A stretch of DNA of 61,824 nucleotides, counting the filler, from Rhabdomonas costata (lineage: Eukaryota), in assembly GCA_019059605.1 (NCBI GenBank). It is 27 parts of 27 records of this genome, joined end to end, with 100 filler letters (N's around TTAATTAATTAA, not from the genome) between each part and the next. Parts side by side here need not be neighbours in the genome. Positions count along the whole stretch, not along the records: positions 1 to 2,196 come from JAHMHO010004924.1; positions 2,297 to 4,492 come from JAHMHO010004925.1; positions 4,593 to 6,786 come from JAHMHO010004926.1; positions 6,887 to 9,082 come from JAHMHO010004927.1; positions 9,183 to 11,377 come from JAHMHO010004928.1; positions 11,478 to 13,672 come from JAHMHO010004929.1; 21 more parts are not named here. One strand, written 5' to 3'. The position numbers were made by a program, and so were the translations under genes. A model generated the notes under the pieces. The model searched no databases. It was not told where the DNA came from and saw only the letters and a list, made by a program, of their open reading frames with translations. Below are positions 1 through 11,514 of the stretch, piece after piece (positions within the stretch are counted from its first letter, which is position 1; each line of letters starts with the position of its first letter).

Positions 1-843
1 GGGTTTTTGGTGTCCTCTGAAATCTGCATATGGGATGTGATGTCATATCACGCGATATAATTGAGAATCAGGTTTCTTTTTTCTTAGATGGATTTCACAC
101 CACCCAAGAAAAAGCAGAAAAACAGCAAAACGTCGTCAAGTAATGTAATATTTGCGTGTTAAGAGGGCGATAATGGACAATTCTAAACAAATGGGCTTTC
201 ATCAGTTGGTTTTACCTCGTGTGTTTTTGGTGTTGCGCTCGCTCGGAACTATTTATTTTGTGTGGAGGTTCTGGATAATGCAGGCTTCGATAAGCCCTTG
301 GGCTTGATTTTTGGCTGCTCGACGCGCAAATGTTTACGCCGAATTCGTGGTGTGTCTTTTTTTGTGACGTCCCTTTTGCTTTGAGCAACACTTGCAGGAT
401 AGCGGCATCTGATCACGTATGGTTTCCAGGGGCCCTTGTGATTCTTCAGTTGGCTCTGTGTTATATCCCACTGGGAAAAACCAAACCTTTCCCCCCTTCT
501 AGTGTCCTGCCTGACTGCCCCCCCCCCGGACTGTCGATTCGTATTGCATTGCAATGCTTTTTGCTGCACTAGGGCTCCTGCGGATCCATGGGCAAGGCCC
601 CCACAGGGTCCTCCAATGGGTGCGACACCCCCAACACCCTGGTTCGCTAGCTCTGCGGGGAGGCCCATTCCCCCTTCCTCTGCAGTGCTTCCCCTACGAA
701 GCTCTGCCCCTGTAAGTTACTCGCCAATTTGGGTTCCCCAAAACCCAGACGAGGGAAACAGGTCAAGCTTTCCGGGAGGTAGCGGAGAGGTCTCTCTCTT
801 TGCACACCTGACGGCGGAAGATGCTCCTCCGTCGCCTCCTCAG

Positions 844-1498
844 GTCGACCTTCTGGAGGCACTCCAGAGGTGCGTATGTTGGGTGGCTCTGGGGAAGCTC
901 GGAAGATGTGGACGTGAACAGGTTATGCTGGAGCGTGTGCGTGTGACGTAGGACACGTAGGGGCGGAGTGGGCGAGCTGAGATATCGCTCGCTGTCCCCT
1001 GCGTGTCATGTTTAAAGCAGTGGACGCGGGGTGTAGCAAAAGATCAGTCACCAGAGCACCTTGCAGGCGATGTGGTGGAAATCTGAACCGTTTGACTTGA
1101 GCTGCCGCCTTTTCACCTAAGAGCGGAGATGTTGCTCTGGAGGAATGCGGAATGCTTGCAAATCTCCACCATGCGGAAACACATAATATCTACTCTTCCT
1201 ATAAGGCTTGGAATCTGAAGTTTGTAATACTGCGTGTGGTTTTTTGAAATTCAGCATCATATTCGTGTGTGGGTGTGCTGGCGCGCAGCCCGTGCTGGAG
1301 CACTCTAGGTGACAAGGATGTGGGGGAGAACAAGCGTTTTCTGATCGCTGGGGTGGACGACTGGGTTGACCTTCTGCTATACTTCAACGTGTGGCTCTTC
1401 CCGTTGGCGAATCAGGCCTTACGAAACCCCCAGACCGGCGCCGTGGGGGTCAATACCCGGAAACATCCCATCTGCGTTCCCGGAGCCCCTTACTTCAG
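844..1498 (+). CDS. Hypothetical protein, internal exons (844-869, 1289-1498)
   Basis: cag|GTC...AG|gt joins in phase to cag|C CCG...TTC AG|gt, giving VDLLEALQSPCWSTLGDKDVGENKRFLIAGVDDWVDLLLYFNVWLFPLANQ...; GC3-rich; no family recognised. Confidence 0.5.
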
Positions 1499-2196
1499 GT
1501 GCGCACGGTTGTGCGAGGGTTGTGCCTTTGCGTGGGCGAGTTTAATGATGGACGTTTGAGTGGCGTACGATGTCGTGTCGCGCTTGTGGCATCCAGTGCG
1601 TTCTTTTTACGCTACTTTGACCCTTGCCGAGAATTCTTTTCAGCCTAGTCATTGTAATGATATCTCTTGGATCGAGGTTTCGAGGTTGTGGTGGGGCTCT
1701 GCAGAGTTCTCCGGTGCAAGAAATTGGTTGGGGCGGAGCTGCGGAGCTGTACCATCTCGCTTGTAACTGCGATCTGGCTAATTCATACGTAGAATTTTAC
1801 TTCGACCCCGGTCCCCAACGGTGGGTCCCGGCGACCGGGAACGTGGCCTTCGACATCTTAGTATCCCACAGAGCAAGCCCGTGATTTGTTGCCCTGGGTC
1901 ATCCTGGTTTTGCACTGAATCGGTGTTGCTGTGGTGCAAACAAATATGAGCATATTGCCAGAATGCGCCATAGGTCCCCCATGGGGCTGTCGGAAAACAC
2001 GACAGTCCCCGTCATCCCTTTGTATTTACACTTCTTCCAGCATCTACGTGTAACCCACCGTGGATTTTTTTGGTTTTGCTTATTGTTGTTATTCGTTTTT
2101 GCGCCTTCTTGCATGTAGGGTGTTAGTTGTACGCACCTTGCATTTTCTCCTGCAAGATCTGTCTCTCCTCTTAGCGGCAACATCTACTGGATCAAA

Positions 2197-2296
2197 NNNN
2201 NNNNNNNNNNNNNNNNNNNNNNNNNNNNNNNNNNNNNNNNTTAATTAATTAANNNNNNNNNNNNNNNNNNNNNNNNNNNNNNNNNNNNNNNNNNNN
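2197..2296. other. Artificial contig-joining spacer (first of 26; others start near 4493, 6787, 9083, 11378, 13673, 15975, 18270, 20564, 22858, 25153, 27447, 29741, 32035, 34329, 36623, 38917, 41197, 43490, 45782, 48076, 50368, 52661, 54953, 57245, 59537)
   Basis: N-run + TTAATTAATTAA (stop codons in all six frames) + N-run, repeated about every 2.3 kb; gene content changes completely across each spacer. Confidence 0.99.
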
Positions 2297-3601
2297 GGGG
2301 TTTGGTGGAAAGAAGTAGCTTCTCTCCACCGGAACCCGTGCTTTCGCCCAACGCGCTGCCTCCTGGGGCCCATGCTTGCGTTTCTTTGCGAGCTTGCTCT
2401 GGCCTGCTGTACACTATTCCGCTGTTGCGCCGTGCGTGCTCTGTGCAGTTCGTGCTATTGTGTTTTTGTTGCCATTACTTCAAAGCTGTGTCGTGGTGCC
2501 ACTTTTGGTAATGCTGAATATTCTCCCGCGATGTTCTGCGCCCCCCCCCCCAGAGAGAGTGTCTCGCTAATTTTCAATGAGGTTTCCATTTTTTCAGTTG
2601 TTCTGCTGGCTTGGTTAACGTGGGTGGCGTTTTCAAAATCGGGTGTCCTTGCTCATTGTGCTCGTGTGGGAAAACATTAACCCAGGAATGATCGCTTTTC
2701 CCTGATTCCCTAAATTCCGCAGGTTGGACAGCGACCATACTTCCCCCACCATCGAACAGCATCAAGGTCATGCATCCACAAAGTCCTCATTTACCGCTCT
2801 CAGACGATCCACGTCTCGCACGCCCAGGTCACTTGAACGGATTTTTTCCCGTCACCTCTATTGAAGAAGATCATTTTGAGGATAAACTGGGTTGTCAGGG
2901 CTACCAGGATTCGACATGGTTTCTCGTACCTTTACCCGATTCGAAAAAACGACAACTGACCTTCTACTTTTCGATTCGTTTTTTCCCCTCGTGATCGTTG
3001 TGCACTGAAATGTGCCGTTTGTACTGGTTGCCTTCCATCCATGTGCCAGAGTTTGCCGAAACACTGTATTTTGGTCCCTGGCCCTGTGCTTAATCGGGTT
3101 TTATCGGTCTCAGTGTTTTATATTACAAACGTGCGCAAGGATGGAGGTTCCCTTTTGCACGGAGTTCTATCGGATCCAGGTTCTTTATTGCCTTACTTCA
3201 ATGACCTTGGCGTGATCCCTATTCTCTTATTTGTTCTTGCTGCTCACCCCACACAATCAAGAGTTTCGATTTAGTCGATGCATCCGGAAGAATACGTAAG
3301 TTTGAGATCCTTTGCAGTGGGAAGTGGAGCTCGGCACCCGGATTCCTTAAGCTTGTTTCGCCTTTAAGCCCCTTGAAGCATCCTTGATCTTGATCTTTTT
3401 TGGGTTCTGAACCAGCGCGCAATGAACCGGTGCTTATCATGCATCAGCTGTGAATGTTTTTCTCAAGAACCCGAGTCGACGGGCGGTGTGAGTAACTGGA
3501 AGTCACCCAGCCAGCTACACTCCAGAATAGCTTTATTGGTTAGGGTTTGGCTATTTCAAAAGAAAGCAAAAGCACTTGTGTGTGCTTCTTCCCCACCCCA
3601 G

Positions 3602-3769
3602 CTTGAGGCGCAGGATGAGAAGCTCCAGGCCCTTCTCGATGATCTCCGTGCAGCCCAGGAAGATCTCCTGATCGCCCAGGAGGAGGCGTCATCCGCCGAA
3701 GAGGCCGCCTCGAGGATGGAGGAGCGCCTTCATTTCTACAATGAGATGGAGACCGAAAGCCTGAAAACG
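3602..3769 (+). CDS. Coiled-coil protein, internal exon
   Basis: cag|CTT...ACG|gtgtgt; LEAQDEKLQALLDDLRAAQEDLLIAQEEASSAEEAASRMEERLHFYNEMETESLKT, heptad-like. Confidence 0.6.
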
Positions 3770-4704
3770 GTGTGTCTGCGAACCCACCGAGATGTGTATC
3801 GCACCTTCGTTTGCGTGTGCGGATAAATATCTCAACAGGAGTCTGAAGGATGGTTTTTGTATTTCTTGTTTTTTTTGGACTCTATTTTTTCTTTTGATAC
3901 CCACCAAGTCACCTGATCGTCGCACCCCCGGCCCTTGAGTTTGGTGGACCACTATTTGCAGGATGAGACGAGAGCGAGAGCGACAAAGGGCGAAGAAAGA
4001 AATAGGGGAATCCTGGATGGGCGCAGTCTCCTGTGTCGAAGCCTGACAATACTTTTCCCGCTGTATGTGGGCAGGACCGTTTTGCTGCGCTTTTTGCTTG
4101 ATGGGGAAAATTTAATTCCTGAAGGGGCGCAGCTTCTTGAAGTGGAGCTGCATGTCAAGACCAGTGCATGTTCGGGGGGAGAGGGGTGTTAACCTCATTT
4201 CAACGTGAAACCATACCACACTTAACCAACGTTCGAAAGGAAAGGTTTTGCTTCAGACGTGACCAACGCAATTTAAAGCGCAAACCGCAAAAACGGGAAA
4301 ACGCAGGAGAGCAAACTAAATACGGTCAGATCGACCCAATATTTCGTCAAATATCTCTGTGTCCATTTTCTGCGTTCTCTCGCAGCTAAGTGAGCTTCAG
4401 GGGCACAACTGTTGTGCCCAGCGCAGCACCGTTCCCTGACTGCGCTTCGTTCGTCTTTGTTCATCCGTAGTGTCAAGTTTTTTGTGGTGCATNNNNNNNN
4501 NNNNNNNNNNNNNNNNNNNNNNNNNNNNNNNNNNNNTTAATTAATTAANNNNNNNNNNNNNNNNNNNNNNNNNNNNNNNNNNNNNNNNNNNNGTTGGTTG
4601 TGCACCTGAAGACGTTTGTCCTTTTTGTTGTGATTTTCGGTGGTCTTTTCCCCGCGGAAAGGACTAGATAAAAGTGTGTTTGTGTGTGTGTGTGTGTGTC
4701 ATAC

Positions 4705-6504
4705 GGAGTTGGTTGCGGACTTGCGGGAGGAGCCAGTGCCCATGACGTCGCTGATGAAGGCCACAGGGAAGCCGCTCTTCTTCAGCTCCGCGATCTGCTC
4801 CCCAGCGTTGGTGACACCCTCGCGGGGGTTCTTCAGCATCGCCTTGGCGTGCAGCGGGATGTCCGGCCGGGACCACGCATCGGGGGCGGGGCTGTGGTCG
4901 CCACAACAACAACAAATGCAAATACGAGTGAGTTCCAATGAGGAGAGCTAAGCTGAAGCAGGACGGGTCTTTTGTCTATACAGCGTGCCTCGACGAAATG
5001 CTGCGTGGCCGGCCCTTGCGGTGAGCGAGTGCGTGCATGCTCAGTGGCTGACAAATATCTTCAGACTGTCTTCCTATTACCTCACTTTTTGCTTTTTGCT
5101 CGTGTTGTGGGCTGCGTGGTCCCATCTTTTCGCTGCAGGAGAGAGAGCATGTGTGGGTGATAAAGGTGTGACTCAGTGGGAGAGCGGATGTGTGGGATGA
5201 GTCCTTCCCCTGCAGGTGGGTCTGAAGAATTGACATTTTCGCGCAAAGACGGGAGCGAAGGGAGAAGAGCCTGATATTCACCTGAGGTCATCCGTGTTGA
5301 TCTCTCCAGGAACCTAAGAACAGAGACAAAGATAAAATTGAATAGAGAACTCAGTTCTGAGGTTCGGCAGACTAATCCGTGAACGTGCATCCGTTTAGAC
5401 GAATACCATGCACTCATTCCTCCTGTCGCCAGCCCTCTTGTATCGCAATGCAGCGGTCTTTCTTCGTGAGGGAGAGGATCTTGGCACCTCTCCAAAGCTC
5501 TGTTGCATCCATCAGGATGCTTCACGATGCAGCTCCACACAACGGACGTACAGGAGTCAAAAAAGCCCATTAATATAAAATAAAAAAAAAGGAAAACTGA
5601 GGGGGGAGGGTAGTCTTTTAGGTCCTGAACCGTCATCTTGGCACACCCGCAGAGACCGAAGGGCTAACATACTCACAAGCGAGTGGAGTGGCGTGTTTGG
5701 GCTCTTTTTTACAATCACAACTGCTTTTTTCTCCCAATAACCTGTGAAGACAAAAGGTTTCGCGTCGCTTAACTTATGCATCGAAAATCCCGAAATCCAC
5801 AGTGACATTACATTATGAAAAGGTGTGCACCAGTGAGAACTGCAAAAACGGAATGGAGAGAAGACGTGGGAGATGGGGCGTGCGGGTGTGGACCTTGTAG
5901 GCGATCACGGTGACCTTCTGCCCCAGCTTGGGCTGGGTGGTGAACCACTCCCCGTTGGCCCAGGACTGCAGCACGTCCTTCGCGGTCTGCAGGGTCTTCG
6001 CCTTCTCCGCCACCGCGGAGAACTGGTCGAACACCAGGATGGTGTGCTTGAGCTCTGTCGCCGCCAGGGGACCTATTTTTTGGGAGGGCGTGGAATAGGA
6101 CCCACAGAAAAAGGGCTTGGAAAACCAGACAGCAGGTCAGGTGTTCACTTGAGCAAGGCAGTGTCAGTAACTGTCATCTAAGACTTCTTGCCCTTTGAGG
6201 ACTGCATCTCTGGATCAGGCTCCAACCGACTGGAGCACATTGAATGACAGTGCCTTTTTGTGTGTTTCACCTTTGCTCATCCTTTTGGTGACTCCTGTGA
6301 CTCCGAAACCGCTGTTTCTCCTTGCAGATTGCTTCTTGCAAATTGCCTGAATAGGTGGTTGCGTTTTTCTTTCACAAATTCACCAACAGGGGCACTCGCA
6401 CGTGCGAACACACACACACACACACACACACACAACGCACCGAGCTCCTTGTCGCCCAGAAGGTCCACCAGAGGGGCAATGTTGTAGCCACCGACCATCA
6501 GCCC
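4705..6504 (-). CDS. acnB: Bacterial-type aconitate hydratase B / 2-methylisocitrate dehydratase, partial (exons 6504-6441, 6072-5894, 5313-5282, 4891-4705)
   Basis: Four GT-AG exons splice in frame to [12 protein letters not shown]...[12 protein letters not shown]...[11 protein letters not shown]...[38 protein letters not shown]...[15 protein letters not shown], the AcnB N-terminal and swivel-domain signature. Confidence 0.95.
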
Positions 6505-7112
6505 CTGAGTAAACCCATACCCACGACAAGGGGAGGGGGGCATTCGAACAATCATCACGCACCCACCCTCCCTTCATCTCCGTTGTGAGAGCTTTGAAGA
6601 ACAAGAGTCGAGACAAGCGCTTGGTCATCCTCCAACCACCTCTCCATTGTTGAAAAAAAAACACAGGCGAACCGCGAATCGGGCGAGCCCCCCCACCGAA
6701 TGACAACCTCTCCTTCTCGTGTGTGTGTCTTTTCTGTCTTTACATCGCACAAACATACACAAACACGAACAAACAGACACAACCCCNNNNNNNNNNNNNN
6801 NNNNNNNNNNNNNNNNNNNNNNNNNNNNNNTTAATTAATTAANNNNNNNNNNNNNNNNNNNNNNNNNNNNNNNNNNNNNNNNNNNNGGGGGGTGGGTAAG
6901 TCTCACTTTTGAGGTAAAACGGGCCATATGACCACGAAAAGTCGGATTTTCTGGGTTTTTTGAAGTTTTGAAAAAATAAAAAATTCCGGTTTTGATTCAT
7001 ATCTCCAAGCAAACGTGTCGGTTACGGGGGACCATAGGTTCTGGGACTGCGAAGCATCTCCCTGCTTTACAAAAAACTGCGAATTCGTAAAAAAAAAAGT
7101 ACGTCGGTATAC

Positions 7113-8652
7113 CGGTGCAGCCCGACAGGCTAAAGGTTCCGTAAGTGGAGCTGCAGCTCACGCTCACGGTGCCGGAGTAGCCCGAAGCGCAGCTCAGCCC
7201 CGTGCAGCTCGAGGCACTGACGTACCCCGAGCCACACCCACTGCCGCCGTAGGAGTAGCCCGAGGGCAGCGTCGAGGGCAGGGAGCAGCGAAACGATCTT
7301 ACTGTGAGCGAAGAGATGGACATGAAGGGCTGAGTTGGCTTTGCTCCCCCCCTTCCTCGCTTTCGGCGGTTCGATCCACTTGTAAGCGAACACTGGCCAA
7401 CGAAAACTGAAAGGTGTGAGGGAGGAAGTTCAGTTACAACCTAAGGGGACAGGGCAGGCATATGGGTGAAATGAGCATTGCCCCAAACTTCAAACCCCGT
7501 TTGTTCAAGAGGGAGAGGGGTGGGGCACATACGCTGAGCTTTCTTCGACTCCCTCTTCTACCTCCACATATGCGTCGTGAACTCAGGCGGTGCCGCTGTA
7601 CTCAAAACCTCCCCCCGCCCCCTCACCCCATCGTTTTCTTTGCTCTGTGGATTGGAACTTCATCGACACTGGTGAGACAAGAATCAAAATGTGGTGTTTC
7701 GGAAATGCCTCTGGCTTGGTTGTGCTGCATGTTTTCAGTTGCACGTTGTGTTGAACACCCGCAAGCAGAGAAGAACGTATACCGGTGCAGCCTGATAGTG
7801 CAAAGATTCCGTAGTGTGTGCTGCAGCTCACGCTCGCTGTTCCGGAGTAGCCCAAGTTGCAATACAGCCCCGTGCAGCTCGCCGCAGGGATATACCCACC
7901 ACAGCCCGTGCCACTGAAGTAGTATTCCACAGGAAGCGGGCTTGGCAAGCCGCAGATGGGGCCCAACGCTAAGAAGCGGAGAGGGGTGAAGGGGTGGAAG
8001 AAAGGCACACCTTAACAGGAATACATGTAAAAGGAGACAAAGGCACGGTTGGGTCGAAGCGCTGGCACCAGCAGGTCATGAACAAAATACGGAATGGGGT
8101 TGGAATAGCAGGTCAATGCACAGTGGGAGTGGGGTGAGAGGACCCAGCCACGACTCAAGCACAACTGGGAGCAAGGCTGCGTTGGGCCAGTAGCAAGGAT
8201 GTCATCCTCGAAGCGGCGAGGTGATGAGTGAACGCTATGGGTTGGGAACAAGTCAAAGAATAAAGTTTGCAAAGGCGCGCTGACGACAGGATGTCTCTCG
8301 CTGGATTGTGATGTTGTAGGGGCAGGTGCGGTGAGGGGACTGGTTTAGGGAGGAACAGCTACTTGCTAACCGTTCACAACTAACCGCTACTCACCACTAC
8401 AACTAATAATCTACTTAAGACACACGAAGCAATCTCCTAAGACACACAAACAGACACACGCACAAGCACCAGAGCAGCCCGAGAGCGCAAAAGTCCCGTG
8501 GGAAGTGTTGCATCTCACGGTGGGGGTGCCGTCATAGCCACTGCGGCAGGACAGCCCCCCACAGCTTGCAGCAGCGACGTACCCGGAGCCACAGCCGCTG
8601 CCGGAATAGCTGTAGCCCACCGGCAGCGGGCTGGGCAAGGCGCACGTCAACA
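7113..8652 (-). CDS. Cys/Gly/Ser-rich repeat protein, probably extracellular; three homologous exons (8652-8470, 7968-7783, 7301-7113)
   Basis: Each exon (183, 186, 189 nt; phase 1-1; AG/GT bounded) encodes one ~60-aa module with 6 Cys: CxLPSxLPxxYxxxGxGCG-x-Y-xxAxSCxGLxCxxGYxGTxxVxCxxxxGxFxLSGCxG. Confidence 0.85.
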
Positions 8653-9189
8653 CTGAGGAAACACACACGCCGCAAAGCAAGACTACAGAAAGGAAATCTG
8701 CTGACCCGAATAAAGGTGTAGAAGGAGACACAACTCCACTTCCAAAGGGGCTGTCAGTACGGAAAGAGAAATGGTGCTCGCAAATATAGGTCCACATTGC
8801 AGTTCCCCGTCCCCATGTCAACAGAAAAGTCAAATAGGTCGAACCTGGCTTCTGTCCGTGGAACACCGTGGAAACAGAAGGAGCGAGGTGGGCGCTTCCA
8901 CCACTGCTTTCAAGCAGTGGTGGTCCAAATCAGTGACGACGACCCAATTTTGACCCTGCGTTCTGTGTTGTGTCACACAGATACACACAGGGACCTTTTC
9001 AAATCCTTCCACGTTTGTTCAATGCCTGGCATGGTCCAGATTTTTTCACTCACAATTAGCAAGCGGAAGATTTGGCGCATCANNNNNNNNNNNNNNNNNN
9101 NNNNNNNNNNNNNNNNNNNNNNNNNNTTAATTAATTAANNNNNNNNNNNNNNNNNNNNNNNNNNNNNNNNNNNNNNNNNNNNTTTTGTG

Positions 9190-9313
9190 GTTTGCACTTC
9201 CTCCTCGACGCCGGCAACGCACCTTCTGACAAGAATAGAGCAAATCCTGGGTGGGCAGATTCTTCTATTCTTGTCAGAAGGTGCGTTGCCGGCGTCGAGG
9301 AGGAAGTGCAAAC
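9190..9313. repeat. Perfect 50-bp inverted repeat with 24-nt loop at a contig start
   Basis: 9190-9239 is the exact reverse complement of 9264-9313. Confidence 0.9.
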
Positions 9314-9682
9314 TACATAGATTGGAAAATCACCATGGTTGGGAGGGTGGCAAAACCGAAAGTTGCAACGACCCCCTCCCCTATCTCTTCCTGTTGGACC
9401 GAAAGAGGAACGACAGCAATCCAAAAAGACGCCGCGCCCAGGGGTGGATGTTGAAAAAGAAGCCGATGTGCAAACCTTGTGTTGGCGGTCAATGACATCG
9501 TTGCGGGTGCCGAATTCGCGCTCGTCCCAAACGACGTACCTATTTGGGTAGTGGAGGAGGGTAAGTGAGGGAGTTACGAGAACGCAGCACAGATATAATG
9601 GTCTGATTGCCCCGCCTTAGAAAACGTATCCCAAGAAAAGTTTCCTTCCACACCCCTCTCTCGTCGGTCTCCCAGAACGCAC

Positions 9683-11212
9683 AAGCGTCCAGTGGAGGAG
9701 TGGAGGAAGACAGACCCGCCGCAGAAGGGATGGCTCCGCGTCGCCGAGGAGGTGTCCATGGTGAGGCAGTACGTCTGCACTAACCCATCGATGCCCTTCA
9801 GGTGAAGCATCTGACGAGCCTGGTATGGATACCTGGCCCGGGAAGGAGCGTGCAAATTTACCAAACAGAGATCGTGAGAAGGCACAAAACACACAAAAAC
9901 AATGAGTTCATTGGAGTTGGGAGGCCCTGTGTATTAAAACAGCATCTAATGAACTAAAACCAATCGCTCATCACACGCGATGCTCTGCGGCTTTGCCGAG
10001 CAGACACACTTCAGAGCGATTGGATCGCGGTGTTGGTAATATAGCCTTACCGCACATTCTTGTCATGGATTGAAAAAAGAGCATGCAAGAAAAAATGTTG
10101 TCAGGTCTAATAGTGCTCGACTGTAGGCGGGGCATACTTCAAGTGAGTGGCCTGGTAAACCTCGTTGCTGACGTGGATCATGCTGGGCTCAGCATTGGTC
10201 TGCAAGCGGCTGGCCACGTTGACTGCCGCCCCCCACACATCGAAGACGAACTTCGTCTTCCCAATCACTCCGCCCACGACCGAGCCCACGTGGATCCCCA
10301 CTCGGAATCTTGAAGCAGCACGCAATTCACAGCACACACATCACAAGCTGCATTCCAATGAGCATATCCAAGCCGCGAATCTCACACAAAAGCTGGTAAG
10401 AACCGAGATTTCCAATCGCAAAATGTTTGGGTGATAGAGTGCAAAGTGGCGCTCAATGGCAATTCTTTGGGGCAGGGGGGTTGCATTGACAACCACAAAT
10501 CCGATTAATTTCCACTGATTCTGCAAGATTCCGCACAGAAGCCAGGAGAATAGAGCAACAGTGCTTACAGCTTTTATCGCTGCTCTTCGACCGCACCCCC
10601 CCCCCCTCATAACAGAGGAAAGAAGAGGTGGAACCTCAAGTCCTGTGAGAGCTCCTCCCCGACCTGGGCTCCGCACTGGAACAGGTAATGCGCGAAGTCC
10701 ACTGCGACGGAGCAAGGGTCCTCCACGGGCACTGGGCACCCCGCGACGGCGAAGTAGCAGTCACCTTGGAAAGTGATCAACAGCAATTTCACAGCAATCC
10801 AGCAACCAGAAACTGAGAGGTTCCCGCTGCTGGGGAGCTAAGTTCGCTCGCAAAAACTCAATCTAACTTCCACTGCTCTGCCGAAGTCGCGCTATGGAAC
10901 TGCTGGACAGCTATGCCCTTTCGTGGCGCTGGTTTTTCAGCTGGAGCTGACTGAAATTTCGGTAAGTAACTGCAGTGGACACCAAACCAATACCAGACTC
11001 AGGGAAATTTTTTTTGGGGGGGGGGCGGACCAATGGTTTTGATCTTCTCTACCCCAAACTCCACGGCCATGGCGTCGATCCTACGGAAGAGGGTGTCCAG
11101 AATCTCGACCACGGCGGTAGCATCCATCATCGAGCAGATGGGGATGAACCCTACGAGGTCGGCGAAGAGGATCGCGACGTTCTCGTAGGAGTCCGCCAGC
11201 AGGCCACCAGTC
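9683..11212 (-). CDS. Class III adenylate cyclase catalytic domain, partial gene (exons 11212-11031, 10764-10635, 10308-10138, 9832-9683)
   Basis: Spliced product has ILFADLVGF, EKIKTIGDCY, FRVGIHVGSVVGGVIGKTKFVFDVWGAAVNVASRLQ and LKGIDGLVQTY; both metal Asp, the ATP-specifying K/D pair and the catalytic N/R are present. Confidence 0.93.
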
Positions 11213-11514
11213 CTGGGAGCACAGAACGACGCCCAAAAGAAGCACAATCAGTCAGCTAAAGGAAATCAGGTCTGTGGGAAAATATGGGCCAAGGATTTGT
11301 GGAAACGTACACTCGCCGAATTCCGCGACAAGCTCAGAAAAAACACGAAATGACAACAAAGGATGACAACAAAAACCNNNNNNNNNNNNNNNNNNNNNNN
11401 NNNNNNNNNNNNNNNNNNNNNTTAATTAATTAANNNNNNNNNNNNNNNNNNNNNNNNNNNNNNNNNNNNNNNNNNNNGTGTTTGGGTGTGGGTGGGTGAC
11501 GAACAGCACAGTAC

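Noticed and set aside
2241-2252. Regularly spaced TTAATTAATTAA as a biological repeat or array
   Set aside because: Always embedded in N-runs; it is a synthetic six-frame-stop linker.
4705-6504. Bacterial contamination as the source of acnB (and of NTT or OYE)
   Set aside because: Each is interrupted by in-phase GT-AG introns with host-like intron sequence.
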